From a virus: a stretch of 64,000 bases of DNA. Position numbers and translations under genes: made by a program. The stretch spans positions 15,775 to 79,774 of IMG/VR virus record IMGVR_UViG_3300035698_016731, one strand, 5' to 3'. Within the stretch, counting starts at the first letter, position 1, and each line of letters opens with the position of its first letter. Positions 39,861-50,137 of the stretch are shown in pieces. Below the pieces are notes generated by a model, which worked only from the letters and a program-made list of their open reading frames with translations, was not told where the DNA came from and did not search any database.

Positions 39861-41089
39861 TCTCTAAGCAGAACTCTACATCTTTCTTCATACGTTTGCT
39901 TCGTGTCTCGTATCCAGTTGTAAGCAGCGTTCTGTATCCTCTCCATATCCTTTGGCTGAGATATAAGTTTCATTATTTTATTTACAATAATGTCATAATC
40001 CAAATCAAAGTTAATATTGAAAGGATGATAGAACTTGTTATATTCTACATGAGTAACACCAGGTTCACCAAGTATTTCTCTTTGACCTACGAAAATGTGG
40101 TCAGTAAATAAAAGTCTTCCACAAGACATAGCTTCTGTTGTTCTCATATTTACATCAAAATTTATAGAACTGTTTATTACAATCTTTCCCTTACAAAGCA
40201 TTTCAGAATATTGAGGAGGATTGATATTTCCTTGAAGCACTTTGAATTTCTTACCTAACAATTTAGAAAACTTCAATCGACAGAACATTTCAGCTCTATG
40301 ATGATACTCTCCAAATCTGTGGTCTTGAGGACACCCTACTTGGAACAATGGATATTCAGGCTCTTCTCTTACTACTTGTCCATATTTGGTTTTGTGAATT
40401 ACTTTAGACCATTTATAATCCATTTCAAAATCATCATGCTGTGGACACCCTTTAAGAATCTCTATCCCTGCTGCTCCCATAAAAACAATATCATACTTCT
40501 CATAATCTTGAGTTTCAGGGTATCGTTTATGGATGTCTGGGTCTGCTGCTGTAGGACTCCAAATTACTTTCTTTGGAGGATTGTAGATGACTTTCTTATC
40601 CCACATATTTATTACATGAGTTGTTTCAAATACTTCTTTATGATACAAATTGGCTATAGAAAGAAAATCCATTTTCCCCATTGCCATTGTCCACATGGTA
40701 TTTCTTGGGCAACGATGAGTATCAATTGTATGATAACAAACAGGAATATCTGGTTTCCAACCATCATCTCCAACAATAGGATATAAATTCGGTTCACTAA
40801 ATACCAACAAATCAAAATTCGTATCATAGCCTTTGCTCCGAATAATATCAAACAGCTCTGTATAAGTATAAAGTTCTGGGTGCTTTTTATAAGGAAGCTC
40901 TACATCATGAGTAAATCTTGTTCCATGCTTCCTTTGTAAATCCCAACTCAATCCATCAGTACCTTCTGGACCAATACTTACAACATTTTCCCTACCCAAA
41001 ACTTTACGGAAATTTCTCAGATAGTGCATACCAGTAGTTGGGGGACTATGTAGTACACCAAATAAGATATAAGGTTTTCCATTTTTCAT
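39839..41089 (-). CDS. CgeB-like (GT-B) glycosyltransferase
   Basis: PTAADPDIH, YDIVFMG, KIVINSS..FDVNMRTTEAMSCG, TYEERC. Confidence 0.85.
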   Translation of the reverse strand: MKNGKPYILFGVLHSPPTTGMHYLRNFRKVLGRENVVSIGPEGTDGLSWDLQRKHGTRFTHDVELPYKKHPELYTYTELFDIIRSKGYDTNFDLLVFSEPNLYPIVGDDGWKPDIPVCYHTIDTHRCPRNTMWTMAMGKMDFLSIANLYHKEVFETTHVINMWDKKVIYNPPKKVIWSPTAADPDIHKRYPETQDYEKYDIVFMGAAGIEILKGCPQHDDFEMDYKWSKVIHKTKYGQVVREEPEYPLFQVGCPQDHRFGEYHHRAEMFCRLKFSKLLGKKFKVLQGNINPPQYSEMLCKGKIVINSSINFDVNMRTTEAMSCGRLLFTDHIFVGQREILGEPGVTHVEYNKFYHPFNINFDLDYDIIVNKIMKLISQPKDMERIQNAAYNWIRDTKQTYEERCRVLLRECIGWGG

Positions 41090-42120
41090 ATGTCATACTC
41101 TCCTTTTAAGATTTCTGTCCAATTTATTGAATTATCAGTTTCGTAAGGTACATTGCCTCCTTTATAAATTATATCATAAAGTCTACTACAAAAAACAGAT
41201 ACATCCTCTCCATTCTTGTGCATAGTTTGAATATCTATCAGTCTACGATACATACTTGCCCCTCTCCATGTTTCTATAACTTTGCTCCTACCTGGAAAAA
41301 CTAAATTTGGGAAAGTAAAAGGTTTTGGTTCTCTTTTTTCAAAGACTTTAAACTTCGCTTTATCAACTGAAAAAAGTCCAATAGATTCCAAATTTCTAAG
41401 ATAATAATACAATCCTTGCCAAATATTATTTTTCTTCAAATGAAGTGGGTCATGTCCATCCATATCATCAAAGAATGTATCCAAAAAAATACGACTGCCT
41501 TCTTTTAAATGTTCAGCAAAATGTTTTGCTACTTCTATTGGCTCCCAACAATGTTCCAATACTTGACTACAGATAATGTAATCATAAGTTTCTGTTAAAT
41601 CTTTTTCGGTTACTATATCAACAAACTTGACTCCTATTTCATATTTCTTGCAGATATACTGAAAATACTTAAAAGTAGGAGTAGGAAGGTCAGCAAAAGT
41701 AACATCATCATATCCTGCAAAGTATAAAGCCATAGCATTTGCACTATGCCCAAATCCATAGTCAATTATCTTAGCTTTTTTATTATTCTTCAATAAATGA
41801 AGTCCAAGAAATACAGATAGATTCTGTTTCTGTTCTAATAAAGATTTAGCATGGTTAAAAAAACCTTTATTATATAATCTGTTCTGTAACATCCATCCCA
41901 TATCAGCATACATGGATTTGACTTGTTCTTGAGTAGAGGGAGCTATTTTATCATATACTTTCCTATGAACATCCGTACTTACACTTTTCATATCATCATT
42001 ATATTTTTCGGTTAAATCTTTTAAAGACTCCCCAAAAAACTCCTCAAAGTCTTTACTAAGGTCACTTGGTATTCTTTTCAATATTTCATCTGCTCTGTTC
42101 ATAATAATAGCTCCCTCCAT
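41086..42120 (-). CDS. Class I SAM-dependent methyltransferase
   Basis: IIDYGFG, YDYIICSQVLEH, LKEG. Confidence 0.85.
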   Translation of the reverse strand: MEGAIIMNRADEILKRIPSDLSKDFEEFFGESLKDLTEKYNDDMKSVSTDVHRKVYDKIAPSTQEQVKSMYADMGWMLQNRLYNKGFFNHAKSLLEQKQNLSVFLGLHLLKNNKKAKIIDYGFGHSANAMALYFAGYDDVTFADLPTPTFKYFQYICKKYEIGVKFVDIVTEKDLTETYDYIICSQVLEHCWEPIEVAKHFAEHLKEGSRIFLDTFFDDMDGHDPLHLKKNNIWQGLYYYLRNLESIGLFSVDKAKFKVFEKREPKPFTFPNLVFPGRSKVIETWRGASMYRRLIDIQTMHKNGEDVSVFCSRLYDIIYKGGNVPYETDNSINWTEILKGEYDI

Positions 42121-42129
42121 TAAATTAAA

Positions 42130-42540
42130 TTATTTCATTCCCCACTTAATCTTTCTCCAAATAAACTCATTCCAAATATAGATAACATGCTTAATACCTA
42201 TATAAGTGAGAGTAATAGCTGTCATTTGTTTTCCACTTCCTGTAATCAAATAAGTTATTAGTCCAAGAATTATATTTCCACAAAGAGTTTCATAAGTAAA
42301 CATTTTACAAATAGACAATCTTAATGGACTTATTATTCTCTTATCTGAAAGATACCATAACCATATTCTTTCATGAAAGTAAAACACTACTAAGAATACA
42401 CCATGATGAATAAAAGTTATCAATCCAGTTTGTACCCAATGGTGTGTATAAGCAAAAGTTACAGCTCCTAATATAATAACACCAACAATTCGCCATATAA
42501 AACTCTTCAATGCACTTCTAGTTTTTATTTCAGTTTCCAT
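42130..42540 (-). CDS. DUF2061-like membrane protein (two repeats)
   Basis: RSALKSFIWR...YFHERIW and SICKMFTYE...YIWNEFIW; start 42540 after GGAGG. Confidence 0.7.
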   Translation of the reverse strand: METEIKTRSALKSFIWRIVGVIILGAVTFAYTHHWVQTGLITFIHHGVFLVVFYFHERIWLWYLSDKRIISPLRLSICKMFTYETLCGNIILGLITYLITGSGKQMTAITLTYIGIKHVIYIWNEFIWRKIKWGMK

Positions 42541-42680
42541 TTTAATCCTCCAGTTACTTCTACAATTTCCCATCCATTATGTGGGTCACTATCTGCTGAT
42601 AGACTAAACTCACTCGGTTTTGTAGTTACACAACCATTAAGTGCTATGAGAACTACCATCATCATAAACAACCTTTTCAT
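42525..42680 (-). CDS. Small lipoprotein (51 aa, not in ORF track)
   Basis: MKRLFMMMVVLIALNG|CVTTKP...VEVTGGLKWKLK; lipobox LNGC. Confidence 0.6.
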   Translation of the reverse strand: MKRLFMMMVVLIALNGCVTTKPSEFSLSADSDPHNGWEIVEVTGGLKWKLK

Positions 42681-43098
42681 CTTTCCCTTCCTTTATCTTG
42701 TTCTTTATATCAGTTGAACTTTGATAAGGATAATATGGAAGTACAATCACTTTTCCTCCCCATGTTGAAACAACTTTTCTCATATTATCAATATCTTTTT
42801 CCTTATGGCTTTCAGATTCCATAAGAATATCAGGTTTGATATTGATAATATTTTCATATGGAGAGTATTCATTTTGAGGAATTGCTACGTCAACATATCT
42901 AATAGCCTCTGCTATTTGTAGCCGTTCTTCAAAAGAAATAATTGGTTTTGGTTTCTTTTCCATACAAGCCTCATCCGTCAATACACCAACAACTAACTGC
43001 CCTCCTTCACCAGCTAATGCTTTAGAATTTTTCATCATTAATAAATGTCCTTTATGAACAACATCCAATACATAATAACTATAGACTATTTTACTCAT
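42637..43098 (-). CDS. Cytidylyltransferase (HIGH family)
   Basis: DVVHKGH, VVGVLTDE, FEER, IKPD, SSTDIK. Confidence 0.88.
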   Translation of the reverse strand: MSKIVYSYYVLDVVHKGHLLMMKNSKALAGEGGQLVVGVLTDEACMEKKPKPIISFEERLQIAEAIRYVDVAIPQNEYSPYENIINIKPDILMESESHKEKDIDNMRKVVSTWGGKVIVLPYYPYQSSTDIKNKIKEGKDEKVVYDDGSSHST

Positions 43099-43379
43099 GT
43101 TTTCACCTCATCCTCACCATAAAATCTTAATTCACTTCTCCTATTATCTTTAGGTACACCTGCTAAACTTCTATCAATTTTTATAGTTACAATAACTTTA
43201 TCAAGTTTAGGACAATCATTTTCTATATAATGGCGAAGTAAATCCATTATTTTATTGTTTAATTTTGCAGTATGTTTTATAATAATGGCTTCATTATCTA
43301 TACCACATCTTCTAAAATGACCATGTGCATAACACTTATCACAACTTTCACATATATTATTCATTTTACACCTTCCCAA
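43095..43379 (-). CDS. Cys-containing hypothetical protein
   Basis: CESCDKC...C...CP. Confidence 0.6.
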   Translation of the reverse strand: MGRCKMNNICESCDKCYAHGHFRRCGIDNEAIIIKHTAKLNNKIMDLLRHYIENDCPKLDKVIVTIKIDRSLAGVPKDNRRSELRFYGEDEVKT

Positions 43380-44148
43380 TTAAATAAATCATTCTCTTTT
43401 TATCATAGGTACAAGCACTTTCTTCATAATCTCCATAACAATCTATAGTTTTTAATCCTGCTTTATCAATCATAAGTTCCATTTCACTCTTACTTACATA
43501 TCTTACTTCATTCTTTCTTATGGTTACTGTTTCTATATTATCTGTCTGTTTATCTTTTATAATATAAACGTAAGTAAGGTAATTAATCTGTGTATCAAAA
43601 TTTGTTACAATCTTTTTATATCTATCTACTTTATATCCATTAATAATCTTATCTTTATAGTCTTCCACTAATACATCTTTATACTTTACAAGGTCTTCAT
43701 ATTTCTGACGAAAGCAATCTATTATCATTATACCATCATCAGCTAACCAGTTTCTTGCTCTTCGTAAAAATAACTGCTGTTCGTACAAAGAAGTAAAATG
43801 ATAGAACACATCAAAAGCTAAAATAATAAGTTTAAAAGGTTCTATACCAATTACTGGAGAAAAGTTTGTTCCATTACAAACATGAGCATGACACACACCT
43901 CCAACATCAGGTTGGTATTCAGATATTTTTCTTTTTAATTTCTTTATCATTTCTCCTGAAACATCTACAGCCACAACTTCATGTCCTTCATTTAGTAAAG
44001 GCAGAGTAACCCTTCCAGTACCACAGCCCATATCTAATATAGGACTTCGAGCATGTTTCAGATAAAGAGCAATATCACCTTTCTTACTATCACTCTCTCC
44101 CATATCCTTATCATAAACATTTGCAAAGTCATCGTAGTATGCTTTCAT
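43366..44148 (-). CDS. Class I SAM-dependent methyltransferase
   Basis: ILDMGCGTGR, AVDVS..M, AGL.....YGDY; start 44148 by ATGA coupling. Confidence 0.9.
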   Translation of the reverse strand: MKAYYDDFANVYDKDMGESDSKKGDIALYLKHARSPILDMGCGTGRVTLPLLNEGHEVVAVDVSGEMIKKLKRKISEYQPDVGGVCHAHVCNGTNFSPVIGIEPFKLIILAFDVFYHFTSLYEQQLFLRRARNWLADDGIMIIDCFRQKYEDLVKYKDVLVEDYKDKIINGYKVDRYKKIVTNFDTQINYLTYVYIIKDKQTDNIETVTIRKNEVRYVSKSEMELMIDKAGLKTIDCYGDYEESACTYDKKRMIYLIGKV

Positions 44149-45089
44149 TCTTTTATCTCCTCTCTTAACCAGAAATCCCAAGGTCTAAATTTTCCAATAT
44201 CTTTTATTCCTGCTTCCTTACATTTATCACAAAGCCAATATCCTCTTTTCCAAACTTCGGTACATTTTGCATATTCTTCTTTATCAGGAGTAGTACTGAA
44301 ACCCTTTTCACCCTTTCCACATCCAAGACATAACTTCCAACCTTCATTCAATGCCCACCTAGTACCTTTTAAATTATTTACAGGAGAACACATTTGGTCT
44401 TGATTTCCTGTTGCCCCAAAATGATAGACAGCAGACTGGAAACCTTGCTTACATTCAAATCCTTCTAATGGAGGTAAATTCCCGCCAAACTTCTCTGTCC
44501 CATAAGTCTGTCTAGCCTCAAGTTGCCTTTCATGTCCCCACCCATGAGTACAATGAAAAGTATAACCATAGTATTTAAAAAAGTTTTCTCTGTGATGTAC
44601 TAATGGATATCCTATTTGCCAATGGTCAGGTTGATGTTTATGTTCTTCTATTAGTTTCAAAACTTCTTCTTCTTTAAAAGTTTCAAGTTTTCCAAATTCA
44701 TAGACATATTCATGACCTGTATTACATTCATATCGAAACAGATTTCCAAAACAAGCTGGGTGCATAAAGTCCATTATTGCTTTATCCCAATTTGGACCAA
44801 ACCATACGTCATCATTACAGATACTTACATATTCTCCATGTGCTTTCCATGCTCCATAATCACAACACAAATCATATTGTCCAAATGCTGTTGGATAATA
44901 ACTAAAAATATCTCCTTTTACTAATCTATCATCTAAAACTTTTATAGTCTGCCAACTAGGAAAATCACTTACAATTATCAACTCGTTGTCGTAATACGAA
45001 TTCTTTTCCAAACTAGCTAAACAAAGTTCTAACCATTCACTTGCCCATCTAGTTACAATTATAACACTAAGATTTGATTTTGGTTTCAT
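44145..45089 (-). CDS. GT2 glycosyltransferase with C-terminal Cys motif
   Basis: LSVIIVT, LELCLASL, ICNDDV, VYHFG; CLGC...CDKC. Confidence 0.85.
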   Translation of the reverse strand: MKPKSNLSVIIVTRWASEWLELCLASLEKNSYYDNELIIVSDFPSWQTIKVLDDRLVKGDIFSYYPTAFGQYDLCCDYGAWKAHGEYVSICNDDVWFGPNWDKAIMDFMHPACFGNLFRYECNTGHEYVYEFGKLETFKEEEVLKLIEEHKHQPDHWQIGYPLVHHRENFFKYYGYTFHCTHGWGHERQLEARQTYGTEKFGGNLPPLEGFECKQGFQSAVYHFGATGNQDQMCSPVNNLKGTRWALNEGWKLCLGCGKGEKGFSTTPDKEEYAKCTEVWKRGYWLCDKCKEAGIKDIGKFRPWDFWLREEIKE

Positions 45090-45939
45090 ATCTCTCCTTC
45101 ATCCAATTGATAGTCAATACTAATCCTTGTTTAAGATTAACTGTCTGTTCCAAACCTAATCTACTTTTCGCTGTATCATTATCAAGTTTCTTTATTCCAA
45201 CTGTCAAAGGCTCTGTTTCCTTCATCTCTACAAGAGCATTAGCTTGAGGCAAACATCCTGCTATATTTGTAAACACTTCCCAATTCTCACTTTCCTCATC
45301 TCCTGTAACATTGTAAGTATCTATACAAACTTCCTCATTTGCTGCATTAGCAAAAGCCTTAATTGCATCATCTATATACAACCATGTCCTTTTGTGATTC
45401 TTGTATAGAGTGAACTCTTCTTCCTTTAAGCATTTATAAATCAATGTAGGAATCAGTCCTCTATACTGACTATACTCTTCTTTTCCATACAAGCCACTCG
45501 GTCTTATAATTATAGTCTCAGTTCCTTTTCTTTCCATGGAGTTTCTTACCATGTGTTCTCCAACATATTTACTCATAGCATAATCATTATAGAGTCTTCC
45601 ACCTTCTCCTAATGCCTCAGAAGATGAAAAGTAAATCATTTTGAACTTTATCTTCTCTTGCAACATTATCATATTCTTAGTGCCAATAGCATTCACTTCC
45701 CAAAGATTCTTATATCTGTCTTCACCTCTGTGTCTACCATAAATAGCAGCAAGATGGTATACAACATCGAACCAATTATTATGAAACACTTTCTGTAGTT
45801 GAAAGAAGTCTGATATATCACACTCTATGTCTGCTGTATCTTTTACATCAAGACTGTATACATCATGTCCTCTGTCTTTTAATTCTTTTACTAATTCTTT
45901 TCCTACATTCCCTTCTCCGCCAGTAACTAATATTTTCAT
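45067..45939 (-). CDS. NAD-dependent nucleotide-sugar epimerase/dehydratase
   Basis: VTGGEGNVG, YHLAA, SSSE, YAMSK. Confidence 0.9.
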   Translation of the reverse strand: MKILVTGGEGNVGKELVKELKDRGHDVYSLDVKDTADIECDISDFFQLQKVFHNNWFDVVYHLAAIYGRHRGEDRYKNLWEVNAIGTKNMIMLQEKIKFKMIYFSSSEALGEGGRLYNDYAMSKYVGEHMVRNSMERKGTETIIIRPSGLYGKEEYSQYRGLIPTLIYKCLKEEEFTLYKNHKRTWLYIDDAIKAFANAANEEVCIDTYNVTGDEESENWEVFTNIAGCLPQANALVEMKETEPLTVGIKKLDNDTAKSRLGLEQTVNLKQGLVLTINWMKERYETKIKS

Positions 45940-46472
45940 TTGAATCTCCTTTTTTCTCTTAAAGGATATATAGTCATACTTTTACTAATATCAAAAGAAA
46001 GTGTTTCTTCTGGCAAACTACTATTCATTTTAAGTTTAGTATAAAAGTAATTATCTTTAGTACAAGCCTTTACTGCCTTATTTTCAGAATCAAAAATCCC
46101 TTGAACTTCCCAAATAGTATCTGGGAATACTCCTTTTTCATATTTACCAACTAGATATACATAATCTTTTTCATATTCAGGACTTGGTTCTTCGTTTTCC
46201 CAATAGCCTTGTTCTTCTAAAAACTTATCTAATTCAGTTTTAGAAAAAATCTTTCCATTAAATTGAAAATGCTGTTCCTCATCTCTTAACTTTTTCATAT
46301 ATTTTTCCTTTCTTTTAGGTATAATCTGGTCATTAGTTACACGAAGTGTTTTCATTGTTTCTGGACTAACAATGCCTCCTTGGTGTAATATAGGTTCTTT
46401 TGCCCCTAATTCATTTAAAAAGACTTCTGGATTCTTATCCATTCCATGACAAATATATTTTTTCTGTTTCAT
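45936..46472 (-). CDS. Hypothetical protein
   Basis: Coupled ORF. Confidence 0.65.
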   Translation of the reverse strand: MKQKKYICHGMDKNPEVFLNELGAKEPILHQGGIVSPETMKTLRVTNDQIIPKRKEKYMKKLRDEEQHFQFNGKIFSKTELDKFLEEQGYWENEEPSPEYEKDYVYLVGKYEKGVFPDTIWEVQGIFDSENKAVKACTKDNYFYTKLKMNSSLPEETLSFDISKSMTIYPLREKRRFK

Positions 46473-47032
46473 AATTTATCTATTGCCTCCATCCATATTT
46501 CAGCCATGGCTTTATATCCCATATTATCAAAGTGAACTTTATCTATTCTATATTTATTCAATGGAGTCATATCTACAAAAGCTACCTCATAATTATAAAG
46601 AAACTTTTTTATTATTTCATTATACTGGTCAACATACCATTGAGAACCAATAGGATAGTCAAATAAACCTGTTCCCTTTATACTAGGCAATGTAGCCAGA
46701 ATAACTCTTTTCTTAAACAATATACACAACTGAATAAGCTCTTTAAGATTCTTTCTGAATATAGGAACTGGCACCCTTTCCTTTGCATCATTAGTACCTA
46801 TCATCAGAAGAACCAAGGCACTCTCAGGATAGCTCTTCAATGTTTTATATGCTCGATTAAGAAGGTCTGAACTGGTTTGTCGAACTATCCCTTCATTTAC
46901 TACAACAAAAAACTTTTTCTTATGCTTCTCATTTAACATTTGTTGTAGTTCAAGAGGATAACCTCTTCTATACTCATCTCTTGCTCCTGATGTTAATGAA
47001 TCTCCTAATCCAATAATTAAATCCCAAATCAT
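46469..47032 (-). CDS. SGNH/GDSL esterase or O-acyltransferase
   Basis: GDSLT, NEG, GTND, DKVH. Confidence 0.9.
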   Translation of the reverse strand: MIWDLIIGLGDSLTSGARDEYRRGYPLELQQMLNEKHKKKFFVVVNEGIVRQTSSDLLNRAYKTLKSYPESALVLLMIGTNDAKERVPVPIFRKNLKELIQLCILFKKRVILATLPSIKGTGLFDYPIGSQWYVDQYNEIIKKFLYNYEVAFVDMTPLNKYRIDKVHFDNMGYKAMAEIWMEAIDKL

Positions 47033-49014
47033 ATTTTTACTCCTTTAACTACCACAAATTTCATATCAAACCAAACATCTCCATACGGATGACCACTTCT
47101 AACATCTGCTTCTTCACAAAAGTTTACAACTCTCTTATATTCAAGAGATGAATTGTGATAACATCTTTTAAAAGCTCTTTCTTCATATATATCAAACAAT
47201 TTTAAACTCTGTAAAGATACATGAGGAACTACAATTTCCTTAATCTCAGGAGTTGCAAATCCTATTGCTTGTAAAAGTTGGAGTATTTTTCCTTTAGAAT
47301 AAACATGCTGTTTTAAAGTATAATCAGCACCTGAAACACTTTCCCAATCTTCAAACAAGCTATCTGAAAAAGGTATCTCATTACAGAAGATAAAACTTCC
47401 TCCTTCTTTCAATACTCTATGTACTTCTTTTAAAGAGTCTAATACAGTTTCTTTAAATTCTAAATAATCAATTACTTCTCTCATGATTACAGCATCAAAT
47501 TCTTCATTAGGAAATTTTATCCTAGTTACATCCCCAGTTCTAATGTCAATCTCTTTATCTTTAACTTGAAGTAACATAGATGGAGATACATCAATACCAT
47601 AAAACTTCTTATCTGTTAATTGTCCTTTTAAATATTTACTTACTATTCCAGTCCCACAACCTGCATCTAATATTCTTTTTCCTTTTTTTGCAAAATCAGA
47701 AATAGTTTGTAATACATTTTTATCTGAAACAGGGCTCATCTTGTCATAAACTTCAGCTCTCTTTGCCCAATCATCTATCCCTACTTCATCAAAAACACCT
47801 TTAACATATTCTAAATTTTTATAATTCAAATATCTAAACTGAAGCTCTTTTTTACTTATAATTCCATCAACAGGAAACTTCTTTAACTCTTTATATATCT
47901 CTTTAACTATGTCATCTCTCTCTTTCGACAAGTTAATTTTCTCTTCTGGGTCATGGAATATATTATAAAGCATAGTAGTTGTACCTCTGTCAACTTCTGA
48001 CAGAAGTATTAACTTCCATCCATCTTGTCTAATAAGAGTAAAGATTCTTGTTGTCCCTGCCCTATCAATATAAACATCACGGAAAATAGAAGCATCATAT
48101 TCTTTTATTGATTCATCCAAATAATTTCGCCAGCTCTTTCCATCAATAGGAGTCTCCAATGGTTTGTCCAAAAAATCTAACAATGTAGGCATAATATCTA
48201 TGTATGGTGTAACCATTTCAATTCGTTTTGGTTTCAATTTTGGGTGATACAATATACAAGGAACATTAACAGATTGATTAAATCTCACTTCAGTGTGCTT
48301 AACAGTAGGTTCAATTATGTTCCCATCCTCATTCAGTGGGTCTATACCTGTTATATATTCACCATGGTCAGCTGTCAACAGTACAATTGTATTGTTTAAA
48401 AGATTAAGCTCTTCTAATTTATTATACAACAGCTCTACAGTTTCACCCACTGCATTAATATCATCTAAATAATGATTCCAAACTTTCTCGTGTTCTCCCT
48501 TTCTTAAAAAGTTTACCCATGGTTCTCCATCTATATGTCTATTTCTAGTTGCCCAATGATGGGTGAAAAGAAAAAAGTCATTCTTTTGATTCTCTTCAAT
48601 CCACGTAAGAATACTTGACATATCTAAAGGTCTATGATAAAGAGCTGATATTCCTTCATTTAATTTCAAATTAAACTGTTCATATTCTTCAACAGTTAAA
48701 GATTCTCCCATAGGAGGTTCTGTTGTAAATAAAAGCATGTTATGAGAAGGTTTCAAATAATCTAATAACATTTTCTTTTCACCAAGATTCCAAGGCTTCA
48801 ATCCAATCTTATGGTTAAATGGATGAAGTCCTGTAAACATACTTCCTAAAGCTCTATATGTATCAGGAACAGAAGTCATCATATGGTCAAAGATAATTCC
48901 TTTATTATAGAACTTCTCATATCCTTTTGATACTCCTTTTTCATTATAGCATTTAAGAGCATCTTTTCTCAATCCATCAAATGTCAATATTATAAGATTC
49001 ATTTTTCTCTCCAC
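47029..49014 (-). CDS. Alkaline-phosphatase-superfamily (sulfatase-fold) domain fused to a SAM methyltransferase
   Basis: DGLRKD, T...SMFTG, TADHGE, DIMPTLL, DPEEKINL; then ILDAGCGTG...HRVLKEGG. Confidence 0.85.
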   Translation of the reverse strand: MERKMNLIILTFDGLRKDALKCYNEKGVSKGYEKFYNKGIIFDHMMTSVPDTYRALGSMFTGLHPFNHKIGLKPWNLGEKKMLLDYLKPSHNMLLFTTEPPMGESLTVEEYEQFNLKLNEGISALYHRPLDMSSILTWIEENQKNDFFLFTHHWATRNRHIDGEPWVNFLRKGEHEKVWNHYLDDINAVGETVELLYNKLEELNLLNNTIVLLTADHGEYITGIDPLNEDGNIIEPTVKHTEVRFNQSVNVPCILYHPKLKPKRIEMVTPYIDIMPTLLDFLDKPLETPIDGKSWRNYLDESIKEYDASIFRDVYIDRAGTTRIFTLIRQDGWKLILLSEVDRGTTTMLYNIFHDPEEKINLSKERDDIVKEIYKELKKFPVDGIISKKELQFRYLNYKNLEYVKGVFDEVGIDDWAKRAEVYDKMSPVSDKNVLQTISDFAKKGKRILDAGCGTGIVSKYLKGQLTDKKFYGIDVSPSMLLQVKDKEIDIRTGDVTRIKFPNEEFDAVIMREVIDYLEFKETVLDSLKEVHRVLKEGGSFIFCNEIPFSDSLFEDWESVSGADYTLKQHVYSKGKILQLLQAIGFATPEIKEIVVPHVSLQSLKLFDIYEERAFKRCYHNSSLEYKRVVNFCEEADVRSGHPYGDVWFDMKFVVVKGVKI

Positions 49015-49799
49015 AAGTCTAATATCATCTTATCTTCAAGTAAAAAATTAGCTTCAGTACAAAGATAACCACAAACAGCACACTTAGCTATATTTTTTGA
49101 CTTAGGAAAATTTGTAAAATCATCTAATGTTACATCAGACCTACAAATAGGACAAGCAAGCAAACTTTTTACCACTTCAGCTCTTTCTTTAGTGCCACAT
49201 TCTGGAAGTTTAATTACAGGTTCTGCTTTAAGAGGATAGTCTCCATTTTTCCTTATGATTATATCAATATCAAAATTATTAAGCCTAGTATCAAAAGTAA
49301 GTAATTCTCCTCCACCTTTCTGACAAACTATATCTGCTATTTCTTTAAATTCTGGTTTAGTATGTTCACTAGGTGCTCTAGCTCCAAGTTCTGTAACCCT
49401 TGCTTCATGAACATGAAACTCAAGAATAGGAACAATAATTACTATCAACCCTCCTGGTTTCAGTATTCGCAACCATTCTCTTAATGCATATTCAGCATTA
49501 AGCATATGTTCCAATGAATGACTACTGAAAACAAGTCCTACACTATTACTTTTAATAGGCACTCTTTCTCCCATAGCAAAGAAATCTAAATTCCATCTTT
49601 CAGAATGTGTTCCTGAACTCATTACAGTTCTTCTGCAACTAACATTTAAACTATTTTGCTCCCATTCTCCTTGTGGACCACCAACATTAATATTGATACC
49701 ACGAACAGGATAAATTGCAGTTACTATGCGTTTCTGTATCTCCTTTTGAATAGCAGTACAAGTATGCCGATTAACATTATTAAATCTCGGAATTGTCAT
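48999..49799 (-). CDS. Methyltransferase-like protein with Trm112-like zinc finger
   Basis: SSHSLEH...EWLRILKPGG; LACPIC...CAVC. Confidence 0.8.
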   Translation of the reverse strand: MTIPRFNNVNRHTCTAIQKEIQKRIVTAIYPVRGININVGGPQGEWEQNSLNVSCRRTVMSSGTHSERWNLDFFAMGERVPIKSNSVGLVFSSHSLEHMLNAEYALREWLRILKPGGLIVIIVPILEFHVHEARVTELGARAPSEHTKPEFKEIADIVCQKGGGELLTFDTRLNNFDIDIIIRKNGDYPLKAEPVIKLPECGTKERAEVVKSLLACPICRSDVTLDDFTNFPKSKNIAKCAVCGYLCTEANFLLEDKMILDLWREK

Positions 49800-49816
49800 A
49801 ATAAAACCTCCTAATA

Positions 49817-50137
49817 TTATTCAATAGAGTTTAGTGGACTACCTTCAGGAAACTTTACCTTTCCTGGTTTTCTACGCATAAGTGGGCAGTTTTCAGGCTT
49901 CCCTAAAGCAACAGGGCAAGTAACATGCTGGTCTTCTATATAAGCACACAATGGTGCCCCTGATGATTTGGCAACAGTTCTTTGAGAACATTCATAAAGA
50001 CCATTCCATTCTTCTGTTTGTGCTTTTTTAATTCTAACATTATCTTCATATAGATAATAAGCACCACAACCTTTTCCATCTAATCTTATATAACATTTTT
50101 TGCCATTTTTTAAAAAGGTATTACATTGGTCTCTCAT
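49817..50137 (-). CDS. Cys-rich hypothetical protein
   Basis: 7 Cys; coupled ORF. Confidence 0.6.
   Translation of the reverse strand: MRDQCNTFLKNGKKCYIRLDGKGCGAYYLYEDNVRIKKAQTEEWNGLYECSQRTVAKSSGAPLCAYIEDQHVTCPVALGKPENCPLMRRKPGKVKFPEGSPLNSIE

Noticed and set aside
47029-49014. True arylsulfatase
   Set aside because: Lacks the C/S-x-P-x-R motif
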